Part shown: positions 24,375 to 39,165 of the stretch, one piece after another
Numbering within the stretch: the stretch's first letter is position 1
How the letters are laid out: each line of letters begins with the position of its first letter
Assembly: GCA_036381155.1 (NCBI GenBank)
Contig: DASVDJ010000074.1
Location: forward strand, 10,111-74,110
DNA length: 64,000 nucleotides
Direction of reading: 5' to 3'
Origin: Vicinamibacterales bacterium
GTDB taxonomy: Bacteria; Acidobacteriota; Vicinamibacteria; Vicinamibacterales; JAENWD01
Position numbers and translations under genes: made by a program
The notes under the pieces: generated by a model
What the model was told of the DNA's origin: nothing
The model's input: the letters and a program-made list of their open reading frames with translations, nothing else
The model's database searches: none

Positions 24375-26228
24375 TCATGCGGGATGAGCCTGCACCGGCA
24401 CACGCTCAGACGAGACCAGATGCAGCGCGCCGTCGCTCATCGCGAGCTCGTTCAGATGGAAGCTCCCCTGGTAGAGGTCCGGTCCGACCGACCCGAGCGC
24501 CACCGACGGGGCCGAGCAGAGCACGACGTCGCCGGCGCGGCCGATCCAGTCGTGGTGACGGTGACCGTGGAAGACCACCACCCGGCTGGCGTGCGGCGCG
24601 AGGGCGTGCAGGACCTCCGGCGCGTTCATGAGCGACAGCGCGATACGGTCGGCGAGCGCCGTCGTGCCGGTCGGATACTCGACCACGTGATGGTGCAGGA
24701 GGAGGAGCCACGCGCTTCCTGGGAAGCGCCCGAGCACCGCCCGCAGCGCGGCCAGCTGCCGGGGACCGACGACGCCGATCGCGTTCGTCGCCGAGAAGTG
24801 GCTGCGCGCGTTCGATTCGAGCAGGATCGCGCCCCAGCTGCGCTGGCCACGCGGCGGCAGGACCAGCGGAAACAGGTCCTCCCAGACCGCCGCCATCTCC
24901 TGACGGCCCCGGAACGTGCCCGCTCGCGCGAGCGCGCGCAGGCGTGCCGGCCGATCGCCCGCGCGGAGATGCTGTCGCAGGGACGTGCCGAGTGCCCCGG
25001 ACGAGTGGTCCACGAGATGCAGCCGTGCTCCCTGCATGGCGTCCAGGGCGAGGACGAACCGGAGGCGCCGCAGCGCATGGCTGGCGCTCCAGGGAATGTC
25101 CACCCGTCCCGTGTTCGTCCGATCGACGATGTTGACGTCGTGATTGCCGGGCACGAACAGCATCCGTTTCCGGATCCCGGGGCACGCCCGCAGCAGGTCG
25201 ACGAACTCGGCCCACTCGGCCCGCGTGCCGGCGTCGGTGACGTCGCCGGTCACGAGGATGCAGTCGAGCGGGGACGCGGCGTGCATGGCCTGCAGCTGCT
25301 GCAGCGCGAAGCGGACACAGTCGTTGCCGCGAGGCCCGTGCGTGCCGCATTCCATGCGGCAGCCATAGCGCTCGCCGACCACGTGGAGGTCGGAGAGATG
25401 CGCCACACGGATCGTCGTTCCGCCTCCGGGCGGCGGTCCGGGCGACCAGTCGCGCAGGGGCCGGCGCCGCGTCAGCTCCTGCCAGAGCCAGTACAGGCTC
25501 GACGCCGTCGTGGATAGCCCCAGCAGCAGCGCCGCGTTGCGCAATCCCGCCTGGACGACGACGCCCGGGCGGGCGAGCAGATCGGCGAGCACGGGGTTCG
25601 TCAGGACGCCGACGCTCCAGGCCAGCCCGAGCCCGCCCCCGGCCAGCAGCAGCGAGGCCACGATGGCCCCGAGACGCCGCCGCCGATCGAGGCGCGCCGA
25701 GGCGCCTGCGGGGCCCGGCAGCCGTTCCAGCCCGGCGCTGACCGTCTCGCGGAGCGCGACGAACATCGGGAACACGAACGTGTGCTGCAGGTGCCAGAGG
25801 CTCTCGCGCGCCATCCTGAACAGCGGCCTGCCGATCCAGTACGCCGCGGCCAGCAGCAGCGCGAGCGACACCACCGCGGCAACCGGGTGGCTGCCGACCA
25901 CCGCCGCAGCGGCGATCTTCTGACGGCCATACGTGAGCATCAGCGATGGCGCGAGGCCGAGGAGCAGCGCCGGCAGGAGGACGAGCGCGACGAATCCGAT
26001 GAGCGCCGTCAGGTAGTTGAAGTCGAGCGCGAGCGCGACCACCACACCGCGCCAGCCGCGTCCGGGCGGGCTGGCCCGGTTGTCGTCGGCATCTCCGAGC
26101 CGCAGATCCCAGATCCGGCGGACCGCGGACGGCCGACGCCGGTGCCCATCGTGTGCGCCGGTGGCGGCCGGGGCTCCGCCCGAAGCCTCTCCCGCAGCGT
26201 ACGCGCGACGCTCGTGGCGGTCGGTCAC
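24375..26228 (-). CDS. polytopic membrane metallophosphoesterase (calcineurin-like)
   Basis: The full motif set is present (VAHLSDLH, VTGDVTD, GNHD, LLLHHH, FHGHRHHD) after ~6 N-terminal TM helices. GTG 26228 was proposed as the start because it overlaps the YihY stop (GTGA). The start is uncertain. Confidence 0.7.
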   Translation of the reverse strand: MTDRHERRAYAAGEASGGAPAATGAHDGHRRRPSAVRRIWDLRLGDADDNRASPPGRGWRGVVVALALDFNYLTALIGFVALVLLPALLLGLAPSLMLTYGRQKIAAAAVVGSHPVAAVVSLALLLAAAYWIGRPLFRMARESLWHLQHTFVFPMFVALRETVSAGLERLPGPAGASARLDRRRRLGAIVASLLLAGGGLGLAWSVGVLTNPVLADLLARPGVVVQAGLRNAALLLGLSTTASSLYWLWQELTRRRPLRDWSPGPPPGGGTTIRVAHLSDLHVVGERYGCRMECGTHGPRGNDCVRFALQQLQAMHAASPLDCILVTGDVTDAGTRAEWAEFVDLLRACPGIRKRMLFVPGNHDVNIVDRTNTGRVDIPWSASHALRRLRFVLALDAMQGARLHLVDHSSGALGTSLRQHLRAGDRPARLRALARAGTFRGRQEMAAVWEDLFPLVLPPRGQRSWGAILLESNARSHFSATNAIGVVGPRQLAALRAVLGRFPGSAWLLLLHHHVVEYPTGTTALADRIALSLMNAPEVLHALAPHASRVVVFHGHRHHDWIGRAGDVVLCSAPSVALGSVGPDLYQGSFHLNELAMSDGALHLVSSERVPVQAHPA

Positions 26229-27148
26229 GGTACCGGCGATCCCCTCGGTGCGGCGAGCCGCTGACGGGCGACCACCTTGGAGACTTCGGCGCCGAAGAAC
26301 AGCAGCTGGCTGACCAGATTGATCCACAGCATCGCGACGAGCACGCTCCCGAGCGCGCCGGTGGCCGACGGCTCGTGCCCGAGCAGCGCGCCGGCGAGTA
26401 CCACGGCCTCGGCGGCGATGAGCCAGGCGACCGTGCAGAGCGCGCTGGCGAGCCAGACGTCGCGCCACTGCAGCGGCACGGGAGGCAGGTGCTTCAGCAG
26501 GAGCGCAAAGGCGAGGCCGACGGTGAGGACGGCGTTGGGGAGCGTGATCAGCCACGATGGCGCCGGCGGCAGCCCCGGAAGCGTCAGGAGCCCGCCGATC
26601 CACTGCGTGATTGACACCGCCGCAAGCGCGAGGAGCAGGAGGCCACCTCCGGACAACGCGATCATGTACGCGGTCGCGTACTCGCGGATCATCGTCCGCA
26701 CGACGGCGCGGAGGGAGCCGGACACACGCACCGGCTCGACGTGCCAGATGGCGCGAAAGCTCAGACGCAGGTGGCGGAACAGCACGGAGGCGCTGGCCGC
26801 CACACCGATCAGGCTGAGGACGCTCGCCACGAGCGATTCCTGCTGGAGCTGGGCGAAAAGCTGCTCGAGCGCTTCGCGCATCTGGAGGCCGAGGTGGGCC
26901 TCGACGGCATACAGAACCTGCTGCTCGGCGGCCACGGCGAAATCGGCATGACGCAGGAGGAGCCCGAGCACCGCCAGCAGGAGCAGCAGCAGCGGCAGCA
27001 GCGAGATGAGCGCGTAGTACACCATGGCGCTCGCGAGATAGCCGGCGTGGTCGCGCTCGTACTCGTGCCAGGCCGTCCGCAGCAGGGCGATCAGCGGGCG
27101 CGCCACGGCTGGTCCCGGCACGGGGGCGATGCGAGTTGCATGCCGCAT
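26225..27148 (-). CDS. YihY/BrkB-family membrane protein
   Basis: The YihY signature is present (YLASAMVYYALISLLPLLLLL, polytopic). ATG 27148 lies 8 nt after the glutaminase stop. Confidence 0.75.
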   Translation of the reverse strand: MRHATRIAPVPGPAVARPLIALLRTAWHEYERDHAGYLASAMVYYALISLLPLLLLLLAVLGLLLRHADFAVAAEQQVLYAVEAHLGLQMREALEQLFAQLQQESLVASVLSLIGVAASASVLFRHLRLSFRAIWHVEPVRVSGSLRAVVRTMIREYATAYMIALSGGGLLLLALAAVSITQWIGGLLTLPGLPPAPSWLITLPNAVLTVGLAFALLLKHLPPVPLQWRDVWLASALCTVAWLIAAEAVVLAGALLGHEPSATGALGSVLVAMLWINLVSQLLFFGAEVSKVVARQRLAAPRGSPVP

Positions 27149-27156
27149 CGGGACGT

Positions 27157-28179
27157 TCACCGGGGCCTCAGTCTGGTGCCGGGGCTCGAGACGAACAGGT
27201 CCAGCCCGAGCTGACGGGAGAGGTATCGAGCGACGAGCTGCCCCTTGACGCTGTTGCCCGCGCGGTCGAGCGGCGGCGCGAAGGTACCGAGGCCCCCTTT
27301 GCCGGGGGACACCGTGACGATGCCGCCGCCGATGCCGCTCTTGCCGGGCAACCCGATGTCGTAGAGCCAGTCGCCCGACGTGTCGTACAGCCCGGCGATG
27401 CTCATGACCGCCAGCGTGTAGTGGCAGGTCAGCGGATCGATCACGCGCTGCCGCGTCACGGGATTCACCCCGCCGTTGGCCAGCGTGGCTCCCATCACGG
27501 CGAGATCCCTCGCGGTCACCGACAGCGAGCACTGCCGGAGGTAGAGGTCCGCGGCCTCCTCCGGATCGGCATGGATCCGTTCGCGGTCCCGCAGCAGGAG
27601 CGCGAGGCTGCGCGTCCTGAAGTTCGTGGCGGCCGCCGACCGGTAGACGTCGCTGTCGAGCCACAGGGCCCGCCCCGCGAAGCGCGAGAGCGTCGTCCGG
27701 ATCGTCCGCCACTTCGCGTCGGCCGTCGCGCCCGGCACGAGGCTCGTGGTCGCGATCGCCCCGGGGTTCACCATCGGGTTCGTGCGGCCGTCCGCGCTGT
27801 TCTCGACGGCGGCCATCGCGTTGAAGGGAAGGCCGGTCGCGTTGACGCCGACCGCCTCGCGCACGCGATCCGGCCCGAGCGCTTGGCAGACCAGCGCGAA
27901 GACGAACGGCTTGGACACGCTCATGATGGCGAATCCGTGGCGGACGTCACCGGCCTCCCAGGCGGCGCCTCGGGTCGCCACGATGCAGACGCCGAAGAGA
28001 TCGCGGGGCATCCGCGCCAGCGCGGGGTAGACCGCTGACACCTCGCCCTCATCGTTCGCGCGGTACCGCTCGTACGCCTGGTACACGAGCCTTCGGACGC
28101 TCGGGGCCGCAGGCAGGCGGCCGGTGGAGACGAAAGGCGACTCGGCGGTCTCGTGGCCGCCGGCAATCTTCTTCGACAC
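27157..28179 (-). CDS. glsA: glutaminase A
   Basis: Serine-beta-lactamase-fold glutaminase motifs are present (SVSKPF, NPMVNPGAI, GKSGIGGGI). GTG 28179 was proposed as the start. The longer track ORF is Arg-rich and unlikely to be coding. Confidence 0.85.
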   Translation of the reverse strand: MSKKIAGGHETAESPFVSTGRLPAAPSVRRLVYQAYERYRANDEGEVSAVYPALARMPRDLFGVCIVATRGAAWEAGDVRHGFAIMSVSKPFVFALVCQALGPDRVREAVGVNATGLPFNAMAAVENSADGRTNPMVNPGAIATTSLVPGATADAKWRTIRTTLSRFAGRALWLDSDVYRSAAATNFRTRSLALLLRDRERIHADPEEAADLYLRQCSLSVTARDLAVMGATLANGGVNPVTRQRVIDPLTCHYTLAVMSIAGLYDTSGDWLYDIGLPGKSGIGGGIVTVSPGKGGLGTFAPPLDRAGNSVKGQLVARYLSRQLGLDLFVSSPGTRLRPR

Positions 28180-28427
28180 GGATCCCCGCCGGCTCGTCAG
28201 CCGGTGCGCGAGCAATCGGCGTTCCACACTCCCGCACGCGGTCGTCGCAAAAGCGCCGCCGGCGCACGATGAGCCGCGACGCCGTGAACCGCCGGTCGGG
28301 ATCTCGCGCGGCATCGGCTGTGGCAGCGGGTCACGAGGGGACGCGACGGGCCGCGCTCCACCGTGGCGCCGGCATGCCCGAGGTGCAGGTCGCCGGTGTT
28401 GCCGTGAGGTTCTCGCGAAACCGGGCG

Positions 28428-28443
28428 TGGCACATCGCTGGCA
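28428..28443 (+). promoter_or_regulatory. sigma-54-type promoter candidate TGGCAC-ATCGC-TGGCA
   Basis: GG-N10-GC spacing is correct, with one mismatch to TGGCAC-N5-TTGCW. It lies 58 nt upstream of ATG 28502 in the correct orientation, and an enhancer-binding protein gene closes the same-strand cluster. Confidence 0.4.
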
Positions 28444-28501
28444 TCGCCGCAGCGGACGAGCGCCGCGTCCGGTCCGATCGACGCATGGCGCGAGATTCCG
28501 C

Positions 28502-29557
28502 ATGCGCTCGACGGCCGGCTGGTTCGTGCTCGCTCATCTCGTCGCGCTGTTCGCTCCGGCCGCCGCGAGCGGACAGGCCCCGGCAGTCGTCGAGGTCGCC
28601 GCCGGCGATCGGATTCACGGCGACGTGCGCCGTCTCGAGCGTGGCCGCCTGGCGTTCCGGACGGCCACGCACGCCCTTCCCGGGGCGCAGCGGTGGGGCG
28701 GCACGATCGCCATCGTCTGGACGGAGGTGGTGCGCCTCGAGAGCGAGCAGCTGCTGGAGATCGAGCTGTCGTCGGGTGCGCGTCATACCGGCACCATCTC
28801 GTCCCCATCGGCCGGTCGTCTCGTCGTCGAGACCGCATCGGGACCGACGCCGGCGGTGCCGTTGCGCGACATCGTCAGCATCATCCCGGTCGAGGCCGGG
28901 TTCCGCGCGCGTACCACCGGGACGCTCGATTTCGGGTTCAGTCTCGCCAGCGCGCAGGACACGAGGACGTACACGCTCAACGGAGAGGCGCAGCATCGCA
29001 GCCGGGGGTATGCGTACGAGACCCGGCTGGCCCTGAACTCCTGGTTGTCCGCGCGGGATGGGACCGAGACCCTGACCAGGAACGATCTCGGTGTCGACGT
29101 GCGCCGGCGACTCGGAAGCCCCTGGTACGCGGTCGTGGCCGGTCGCGTCCAGCAGGACGAGCCGCTCGAGCTCGACGCCAGGCTGCTCGTCGGCGGCGGA
29201 GTCGGCCGCGCCTTCGTCCGGTCGCAGCGCATGGCGGTGTCGGTGCACGGAGGACTCGCGTACGACGGCGAGAACTACGAGGGCGCGGACACGAGCCATT
29301 CGGCGGAGGCCGTGGCCGCCCTGGATCTCGACTGGTTCGCTCCCGGCAGCGCCACGGAAGCCATGCTGAACACCACGACGTTCATCAGCCTGGCGCGGGC
29401 GCGGGCGCGCCTGGAGGTGGACGGCTCGATCCGCCGCGACTTCTTCTGGGATCTCTACTGGGCGCTGAACGTCTTCGAGCGGTTCGACGGCGATCCGCCG
29501 GGCGATCGGCCCCGCAGCGACTTCGGTCTGTCGTTCACGCTCGGGTGGGCCTTCTGA
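28502..29557 (+). CDS. outer-membrane beta-barrel protein, DUF481 (YdiY-like) with an N-terminal extra domain
   Basis: A signal peptide (MRSTAGWFVLAHLVALFAPAAASGQ), alternating beta-strand pattern and terminal aromatic residue (LGWAF) are present. Confidence 0.5.
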   Translation: MRSTAGWFVLAHLVALFAPAAASGQAPAVVEVAAGDRIHGDVRRLERGRLAFRTATHALPGAQRWGGTIAIVWTEVVRLESEQLLEIELSSGARHTGTISSPSAGRLVVETASGPTPAVPLRDIVSIIPVEAGFRARTTGTLDFGFSLASAQDTRTYTLNGEAQHRSRGYAYETRLALNSWLSARDGTETLTRNDLGVDVRRRLGSPWYAVVAGRVQQDEPLELDARLLVGGGVGRAFVRSQRMAVSVHGGLAYDGENYEGADTSHSAEAVAALDLDWFAPGSATEAMLNTTTFISLARARARLEVDGSIRRDFFWDLYWALNVFERFDGDPPGDRPRSDFGLSFTLGWAF

Positions 29558-29570
29558 TCGGGAGATGCCG

Positions 29571-30227
29571 ATGGAACGTGTCGACGCGCCGCGCACCGCT
29601 CACGGCTCACGCGAGACGCTGCTCCAGCGCATCGAGCTGCTGTCGTCGGCGGTGATGGCGGCGGCGACCATCGCCACCGCCTACAGCGCGTACGAGTCCG
29701 CGCTCTGGACCACGGAGTACGCGAGCCACAAGTCGGCGTCGACCACCGCGACGATCCGGGCGGCGGAGCAGAGCAACCTCGCGATGCAGCGGACAGCGGT
29801 GCACGTCAGCCTCTTCCTGCAGTGGCTGGCGGCGGCCCGCGCGGGGGACACCGCGTCGGCCGACTTCCTGCTGGCCCGCCTGCCGGAGCCGCTCGGGGAG
29901 GCCACGCGGGCCTGGTGGGCCTCGAGCCCGCTGACGAATCCCGAGGCGGCCTCGTCGCCGTTCGACCTGCCCGTCTACCACATACGGGAGCGTGAGGAGG
30001 CTGCGCAGTGGGCGGCGACGGCGCGGCGGGCATCGGACGAAGCCGAGCGGGCGAGCGCGACCGCGAACCGCTACCTGCTGTTCACGATCATCTTCGCGTC
30101 GGTCCTGTTCTTCGCGGGGATCAGCGGCAAGTTCGGATCGCACGTCATCGACATCACGGTGCTCGGGCTGGGTGTGCTCACGCTCGTCGTCGGGGTGTTC
30201 GTGATGCTCTCGTCACCGCGCGCGTGA
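29571..30227 (+). CDS. hypothetical membrane protein (long helical N-domain, two C-terminal TM helices; DUF4337-like)
   Basis: The ORF has C-terminal helices YLLFTIIFASVLFFAGI and ITVLGLGVLTLVVGVFVML. ATG 29571 is preferred over 29565 because of GGGAG spacing. Confidence 0.5.
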   Translation: MERVDAPRTAHGSRETLLQRIELLSSAVMAAATIATAYSAYESALWTTEYASHKSASTTATIRAAEQSNLAMQRTAVHVSLFLQWLAAARAGDTASADFLLARLPEPLGEATRAWWASSPLTNPEAASSPFDLPVYHIREREEAAQWAATARRASDEAERASATANRYLLFTIIFASVLFFAGISGKFGSHVIDITVLGLGVLTLVVGVFVMLSSPRA

Positions 30228-30379
30228 GCGCCGGACGCACCGGCCGTGGCCGTACCGAAGGACGGCCCTGCGCGGCGGGTGCAGGAGCTTTGGACGGAGG
30301 GACGAGCGGGGCCGGGACGCGGCCGCCGGATGGCCATCGACCACGGCACGCCCGCGGTCGAACGGATTGGAGGTACGAC

Positions 30380-31756
30380 ATGGCTCGTGTGACTCGCGAA
30401 GCGGCCGCCCGCAGCAGCGGCACGATCGCCGATGCGGTCGACCGGCTGATGCCGGAGCTGACGTCCGATCTCGTGCGGCTCTCGCGCATCCCGTCGATCT
30501 CGGAGGCGGGATTTCCGGCCGCCCCCGTGCACGAAGCATCGGCTCTGGTGGCCGAGCTGCTGCAATCGGCCGGACTCCGCAACGTCGGCACCCTGGACCT
30601 TCCGGACACCCATCCGATCGTGACGGGCGAGATCCCGGCGCCCGCCGGTGCTCCCACGGTGCTGCTGTACGGGCACTACGACGTCGTCCCCCCGGGTGAC
30701 GAGTCGAAGTGGGACTCGCCGCCGTTCGAGCCGGTCCAGCGCGATGGCGCGCTGTACGGGCGCGGGGTGTCCGACTCCAAGGCCAACGTGCTCGCGCACG
30801 TCGGCGCGCTCCGCGCGTTCGACGGGCGGCCGCCGGTCGGCATCAAAATCGTCATCGAGGGCCAGGAGGAAGTCGGAAGCGCGCTCAACACCTATCCGCC
30901 TCGCGACCCCGAACGGTTCCGGTGCGACGCGATGCTGATCGCCGACATGGGCAGCGTCCGGCCCGGCGTGCCGACGCTGACCGTTGCGCTCCGCGGGACG
31001 GCCACGGTCACGATCGCGGTGCGGACGCTCGGCGGGCCGAAGCACAGTGGCCAGTACGGCGGCGCGGCGCCCGACGCGCTGCTGACCCTCCTGCACGCGT
31101 TGACGACCCTGCACGACGAGAAGGGCAACGTGAAGGTCGAGGGACTGCGCCGTGAGGAGTGGACGGGCGCCTCGTTCACCGAGGACGAGTTCCGCGAGCT
31201 CGCCGAGGTGCGCAACGGCCTGCCGCTCATCGGTACCGGGAGCCTCGGCTCGCGGCTGTGGACCGGCCCGGCGATCACGGTGACCGGCCTCGATGTCCTG
31301 CCGGTCGACGAAGCCGTCAACGCCGTCGTGCCGTACGCCCGTGCGCGCATCAATCTGCGCGTGCACCCCGAGCAGGACGCCGACGAGGCGTGCGAGGCGC
31401 TCGTCCGTCACCTCGCCGCGCTGCGGCCGTTCGGTATCCCGATCGAGATCGAGCGGGGCGCCACCGGAAACGGCTTCGCGGCGACGACGTCAGGCGCGGC
31501 CTATGACGCCATGCGCGCAGCGCTGTCGGCGGCCTGGGGCGGCGACGTCGCGAGCGTGGCGACCGGCGGATCGATTCCGCTCGTCAACGCGCTGCAGGAA
31601 GCCGTGCCGCAGGCGGAAGTTCTGCTGTTCGGCGCCACCGATGGGTTCAGCAACATCCACGCGCCGAACGAACGGGTCCTCCTGGACGAGTTCAGGAACA
31701 CCGTTGTGGCCGAGGCGACGTTCTTCAGGGAGTACGCGGCGCGCTGGCAGCGATGA
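30380..31756 (+). CDS. M20-family dipeptidase
   Basis: LLYGHYDVVPPGD, GRGVSDSK and IEGQEEVGS metal-ligand motifs are present. A GGAGG Shine-Dalgarno lies 6 nt upstream of ATG 30380. Confidence 0.8.
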   Translation: MARVTREAAARSSGTIADAVDRLMPELTSDLVRLSRIPSISEAGFPAAPVHEASALVAELLQSAGLRNVGTLDLPDTHPIVTGEIPAPAGAPTVLLYGHYDVVPPGDESKWDSPPFEPVQRDGALYGRGVSDSKANVLAHVGALRAFDGRPPVGIKIVIEGQEEVGSALNTYPPRDPERFRCDAMLIADMGSVRPGVPTLTVALRGTATVTIAVRTLGGPKHSGQYGGAAPDALLTLLHALTTLHDEKGNVKVEGLRREEWTGASFTEDEFRELAEVRNGLPLIGTGSLGSRLWTGPAITVTGLDVLPVDEAVNAVVPYARARINLRVHPEQDADEACEALVRHLAALRPFGIPIEIERGATGNGFAATTSGAAYDAMRAALSAAWGGDVASVATGGSIPLVNALQEAVPQAEVLLFGATDGFSNIHAPNERVLLDEFRNTVVAEATFFREYAARWQR

Positions 31757-31916
31757 GCGGCGGACACAGCGCGACAGTGGGACGGCTCCGCTTGCGTGAA
31801 CCTGTCGAAGGTGCTCGTCATCCGCGGCATCTAGGGTGAAAGTCTGATTGCCGGCAGGCTCGCGGCTCGCTACGCTTCTTCCAGTACGAGCCACGCTCCC
31901 CGCAGCCGAGCCGGCG

Positions 31917-32924
31917 ATGAGACTCGATGCGCAACAGCCACGGACGGTCCCGGGCGATTCGCAGACACCCGCCGATGCCGCATCGCGGTTCGTCGGCGAG
32001 AGCGACACGTTCCGCTCCGTGCGCGCGGTGATCGAGCAGGTGGCGCCGACGACGGCGACGGTGCTGCTGCTCGGCGAGACCGGAACCGGGAAGAGCCTGG
32101 CCGCACGGGAGATCCATCGGCTCGGCGCACGAGTGCGCGCGCCGTTCGTGACGGTGGACTGCACGGCGCTCCCGGTGACGCTCGTCGAGAGCGAGCTGTT
32201 CGGGCGCGAGCGCGGCGCCTTCACCGATGCCCGCGCGACGCAGATCGGCCGTGTGGAACTGGCCAACGGCGGCACCCTCTTCCTCGACGAGGTCGCCGAG
32301 CTGCCGCTGGACGCGCAGGGGAAGCTGCTGCGGATCCTGCAGCAGGGCGAGTTCGAACGGCTCGGATCGCCCAGGACGGTTCGCGTGGACGTGCGCGTCA
32401 TCGCGGCCACGAGCCGCACTCTCGCCGACGAAGTGCGCGAGGGACGCTTCCGCCGCGACCTGTACTACCGCCTGAACGTGTTCCCGATCACGATGCCCGC
32501 GTTGCGCGAGCGTCCGGGGGACATCCCGATCCTGACGCGCTGTCTCGTCGACCGCTTCGCCCGGAAGCACCAGCGCCGCATCGACGGGATTCCGCCGGCG
32601 GTGCTGGACTCGCTCGCGGCGCACGACTGGCGGGGCAATATCCGCGAGCTCGAGAACGTGCTGGAGCGCGCCGTCATCACGACACCCGGGCCGGAGCTGC
32701 GGCTTCCGGGTCCGCTGCGGTCCGACCCGGTGGACGGACCCGCGCTGCGGCTCACCAGGCTGGCCGACATCGAGCGGGCCCACATCGTGCGGATGCTGGA
32801 TCAGACGGGTTGGCGCATCGAGGGGCCGCTCGGCGCCGCGGCGGCGCTCGATCTCAAGCCGAGCACGCTGCGCAGCCGGATGAGGAAGCTGGGGATCCGG
32901 CGCCGCACGGCGGCGCCGGTGTGA
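31917..32924 (+). CDS. sigma-54-dependent enhancer-binding protein lacking a sensory domain (AAA+ plus Fis-type HTH only)
   Basis: Walker A (GETGTGKS), GAFTDA loop, Walker B (LFLDEV), RELEN and a C-terminal HTH (AAAALDLKPSTLRSRMRKLGI) are present. Only ~25 aa precede the AAA+ core. The start is uncertain (TTG 31848 or ATG 31917). Confidence 0.8.
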   Translation: MRLDAQQPRTVPGDSQTPADAASRFVGESDTFRSVRAVIEQVAPTTATVLLLGETGTGKSLAAREIHRLGARVRAPFVTVDCTALPVTLVESELFGRERGAFTDARATQIGRVELANGGTLFLDEVAELPLDAQGKLLRILQQGEFERLGSPRTVRVDVRVIAATSRTLADEVREGRFRRDLYYRLNVFPITMPALRERPGDIPILTRCLVDRFARKHQRRIDGIPPAVLDSLAAHDWRGNIRELENVLERAVITTPGPELRLPGPLRSDPVDGPALRLTRLADIERAHIVRMLDQTGWRIEGPLGAAAALDLKPSTLRSRMRKLGIRRRTAAPV

Positions 32925-32951
32925 GCATCGGCTGGCGCGACCCGCGCCGGG

Positions 32952-34389
32952 CTACTGGACGGGCGCGGGCAGGTGCGACTGTCCCATCAGCCACTGATCG
33001 ACGCCGCGCGCCGCGCTGCGTCCCTCGGCGATCGCCCAGACGATGAGCGACTGCCCGCGCTGCATGTCGCCGGCGGCGAAGACGCCGGGGACGTTCGTCA
33101 TCCAGTTCGCGTCGCGCGCCACCGTGCCGCGGTCGGTCAGGGTCACGCCGAGCTGATCGATCAGCCCGCGCTCGGGACCGGTGAAGCCCATCGCGAGCAG
33201 CACGAGCTCGCACTCGAGCGTGAACTCGCTGCCGGGCACCGGCTCGAAGACCATCCGTCCGTCCTGCTGCACCGGGACGACGTTGACGGCCCTGAGCCCC
33301 GCCAGGCGCCCGTTCCCGTCGTCGAGGAACGCGGTGGTCGAGACGGAGTAACGGCGTTCCCCGCCTTCCTCGTGCGCCGACGAGACGCGGAAGACGTTGG
33401 GCCACTGCGGCCACGGGTTGTTCTCCGCCCGCGTGTCGGGAGGACGCGGCAGCAGCTCGAACTGGTGCACGGAGACCGCTCCCTGCCGGTGGGCGGTGCC
33501 GAGGCAGTCGGCGCCCGTGTCGCCGCCGCCGATGATCACGACGCGCTTGCCGGACGCGGTGATCGCCTCCGATGCGGGGATCTCGTCCCCTTCGCAGCGG
33601 CGGTTCTGCTGCGTCAGGTACTCCATCGCGAAGTGCACGCCGGCGAGCTCGCGCCCGGGAATCCGCAGGTCGCGCGGCACGGTCGAGCCGCCCGCCAGCA
33701 CGATGGCGTCGAACTCGCGCCGCAGCTCGTCGACCGGCACCGTGCGCCCGATGTCGGACTTCGTCCGGAACTGCACGCCCTCGGCCTGCATCACGGCGAG
33801 CCGCCGGTCGAGGAAGCGCTTCTCCATCTTGAACTCGGGGATCCCGTACCGGAGCAGCCCGCCAATCCGATCGGCCCGCTCGAACACCGTCACCAGGTGT
33901 CCGGCCTTGTTCAGCTGATCCGCGGCGGCCAGCCCCGCCGGTCCGGACCCGACCACGGCGACGCGCTTGCCGGTGCGCACCGCGGGAGGCCGCGGCACGA
34001 TGCGCCCCTCCTCCCACGCCCGCTCGATGATCGCCGCTTCGATGCCCTTGATCGTCACGGGATCGCTGTTGATTCCGAGCACGCACGACCCTTCACACGG
34101 CGCAGGGCAGAGCCGGCCGGTGAACTCCGGGAAGTTGTTCGTCGCCAGCAGCCGCTCGATGGCCGCATCCCAGCGATCCCGGTAGACGAGATCGTTCCAG
34201 TCGGGAATGAGGTTGCCGAGCGGACAGCCCTGATGGCAGAAGGGAATGCCGCAATCCATGCAGCGGGCTCCCTGCTGCCGCAGGGTCTCGTTGTCGTAGG
34301 GGAGGTACACCTCCCGCCAGTCCCGGATGCGCTCGGCCACCGGCCGCGCAGGCTGCTTCGACCGCGCGATCTCGATGAACCCGGTCGGC

Positions 34390-34397
<8 letters not shown>
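32952..34397 (-). CDS. gltD: glutamate synthase (NADPH) small subunit
   Basis: The Fe-S motif ([17 protein letters not shown]) and two dinucleotide-binding GxGxxG sites are present. It overlaps the gltB stop by 8 nt. Confidence 0.95.
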
Positions 34398-39051
<4,654 letters not shown>

Positions 39052-39165
39052 ACCGCGCATCCTTCCCCGTCCGCCGGCCGCCGACACCACGGGCCGGCAC
39101 GCAACGGACGGTGTTCTATTTATGCGCGAAATGGGGGGCAGGATGGAAATACAAAGGTTTCATTC

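Noticed and set aside
28180-28503. N-terminal extension of glutaminase to 448 aa
   Set aside because: The extension is Arg/Pro/Cys-rich with no resemblance to glutaminases, and it would overlap the divergent DUF481 gene start. A ~340-aa product from GTG 28179 matches normal GlsA length.
32214-32231. Both enhancer-binding proteins carry GAFTDA instead of the canonical GAFTGA sigma-54 contact loop (second copy in the 45208-46575 gene)
   Set aside because: I believe the Gly-to-Asp variant occurs naturally in functional bEBPs of several phyla, so it is probably a lineage feature rather than loss of sigma-54 coupling. I could not verify this without a database survey.
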